A DNA stretch of 59,236 nt from an uncultured Christensenella sp. (GTDB taxonomy: Bacteria; Bacillota; Clostridia; Christensenellales; DTU072). The DNA is taken from assembly GCA_964368435.1 (NCBI GenBank), contig CAYJBS010000002.1, positions 1-59,236 of the forward strand. The letters are read 5' to 3'. How positions within the stretch are numbered: the first letter of the stretch is position 1; every line of letters starts with the position of its first letter. The translations under genes were made by a program, and so were the position numbers. Below the pieces are notes generated by a model that was not told where the DNA came from, did not search any database, and worked only from the letters and a program-made list of their open reading frames with translations. This document shows positions 59,232-59,236 of the stretch, in pieces.

Positions 59232-59236
59232 TCGTA

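Noticed and set aside
1-59236. A scan for rRNA, tRNA, CRISPR arrays, IS elements, integrases, prophage genes, toxin-antitoxin pairs and known defence-system genes.
   Set aside because: No intergenic region exceeds ~300 bp. I saw no direct-repeat/spacer arrays, and no transposase, recombinase, nuclease or ATPase signatures of defence systems. Every sizeable ORF is accounted for above.

Overview
This 59.2-kb window comes from a low-GC, endospore-forming Firmicute, probably a member of Clostridia. The taxon call rests on the mrnC-rlmB-sigH block, yabP-yabQ with a sigma-E-like promoter, TTGACA-17-TATAAT promoters, and terminators built as A-tract / short GC stem / T-tract. I found no rRNA, tRNA, CRISPR array, transposase or integrase.

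The window is dominated by a co-directional minus-strand block (754..50141). About 42 kb of it (roughly 71% of the window) encodes five predicted exported envelope proteins:
- An uninterrupted 27.9-kb gene (13644..41534) for a 9,296-aa lipoprotein. Apart from two Listeria-Bacteroides (Flg_new) repeats and a few CarboxypepD_reg-like beta-sandwiches, it is built from repeat types I cannot assign to any family. These are 14 divergent ~250-340-aa beta-rich modules and about three dozen ~38-aa [AS]-W-[DN] helical repeats in six clusters.
- A 2,020-aa type-I membrane-anchored multi-Ig-like protein.
- Two tandem paralogous ~1,100-aa Big_2 + transglutaminase-like lipoproteins. One carries a Cys-His-Asp triad. 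In the other the nucleophile Cys is replaced by Ser. They are translationally coupled to a DUF4380-like protein and a PIG-L deacetylase.
- A DUF5050-like beta-propeller lipoprotein.

Interleaved with these are ordinary genes: hisC, a HAD-IIA phosphatase, an AI-2E transporter and a double zinc-ribbon / poly-acidic protein. The right-hand 9 kb is housekeeping and sporulation: mrnC, rlmB, sigH, mrp, a DUF255 thioredoxin-domain protein, an esterase, an acyltransferase + zinc-ribbon membrane protein pair, yabP and yabQ.

The candidate undescribed system is the giant lipoprotein plus the adjacent transglutaminase-like / PIG-L operon. All transcription entering the giant gene must pass a terminator-like hairpin that lies between a consensus promoter and the RBS. 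All coordinates inside the giant gene come from a hand residue count (residue r = nt 41534-3(r-1)), which I checked against the DNA at several points.
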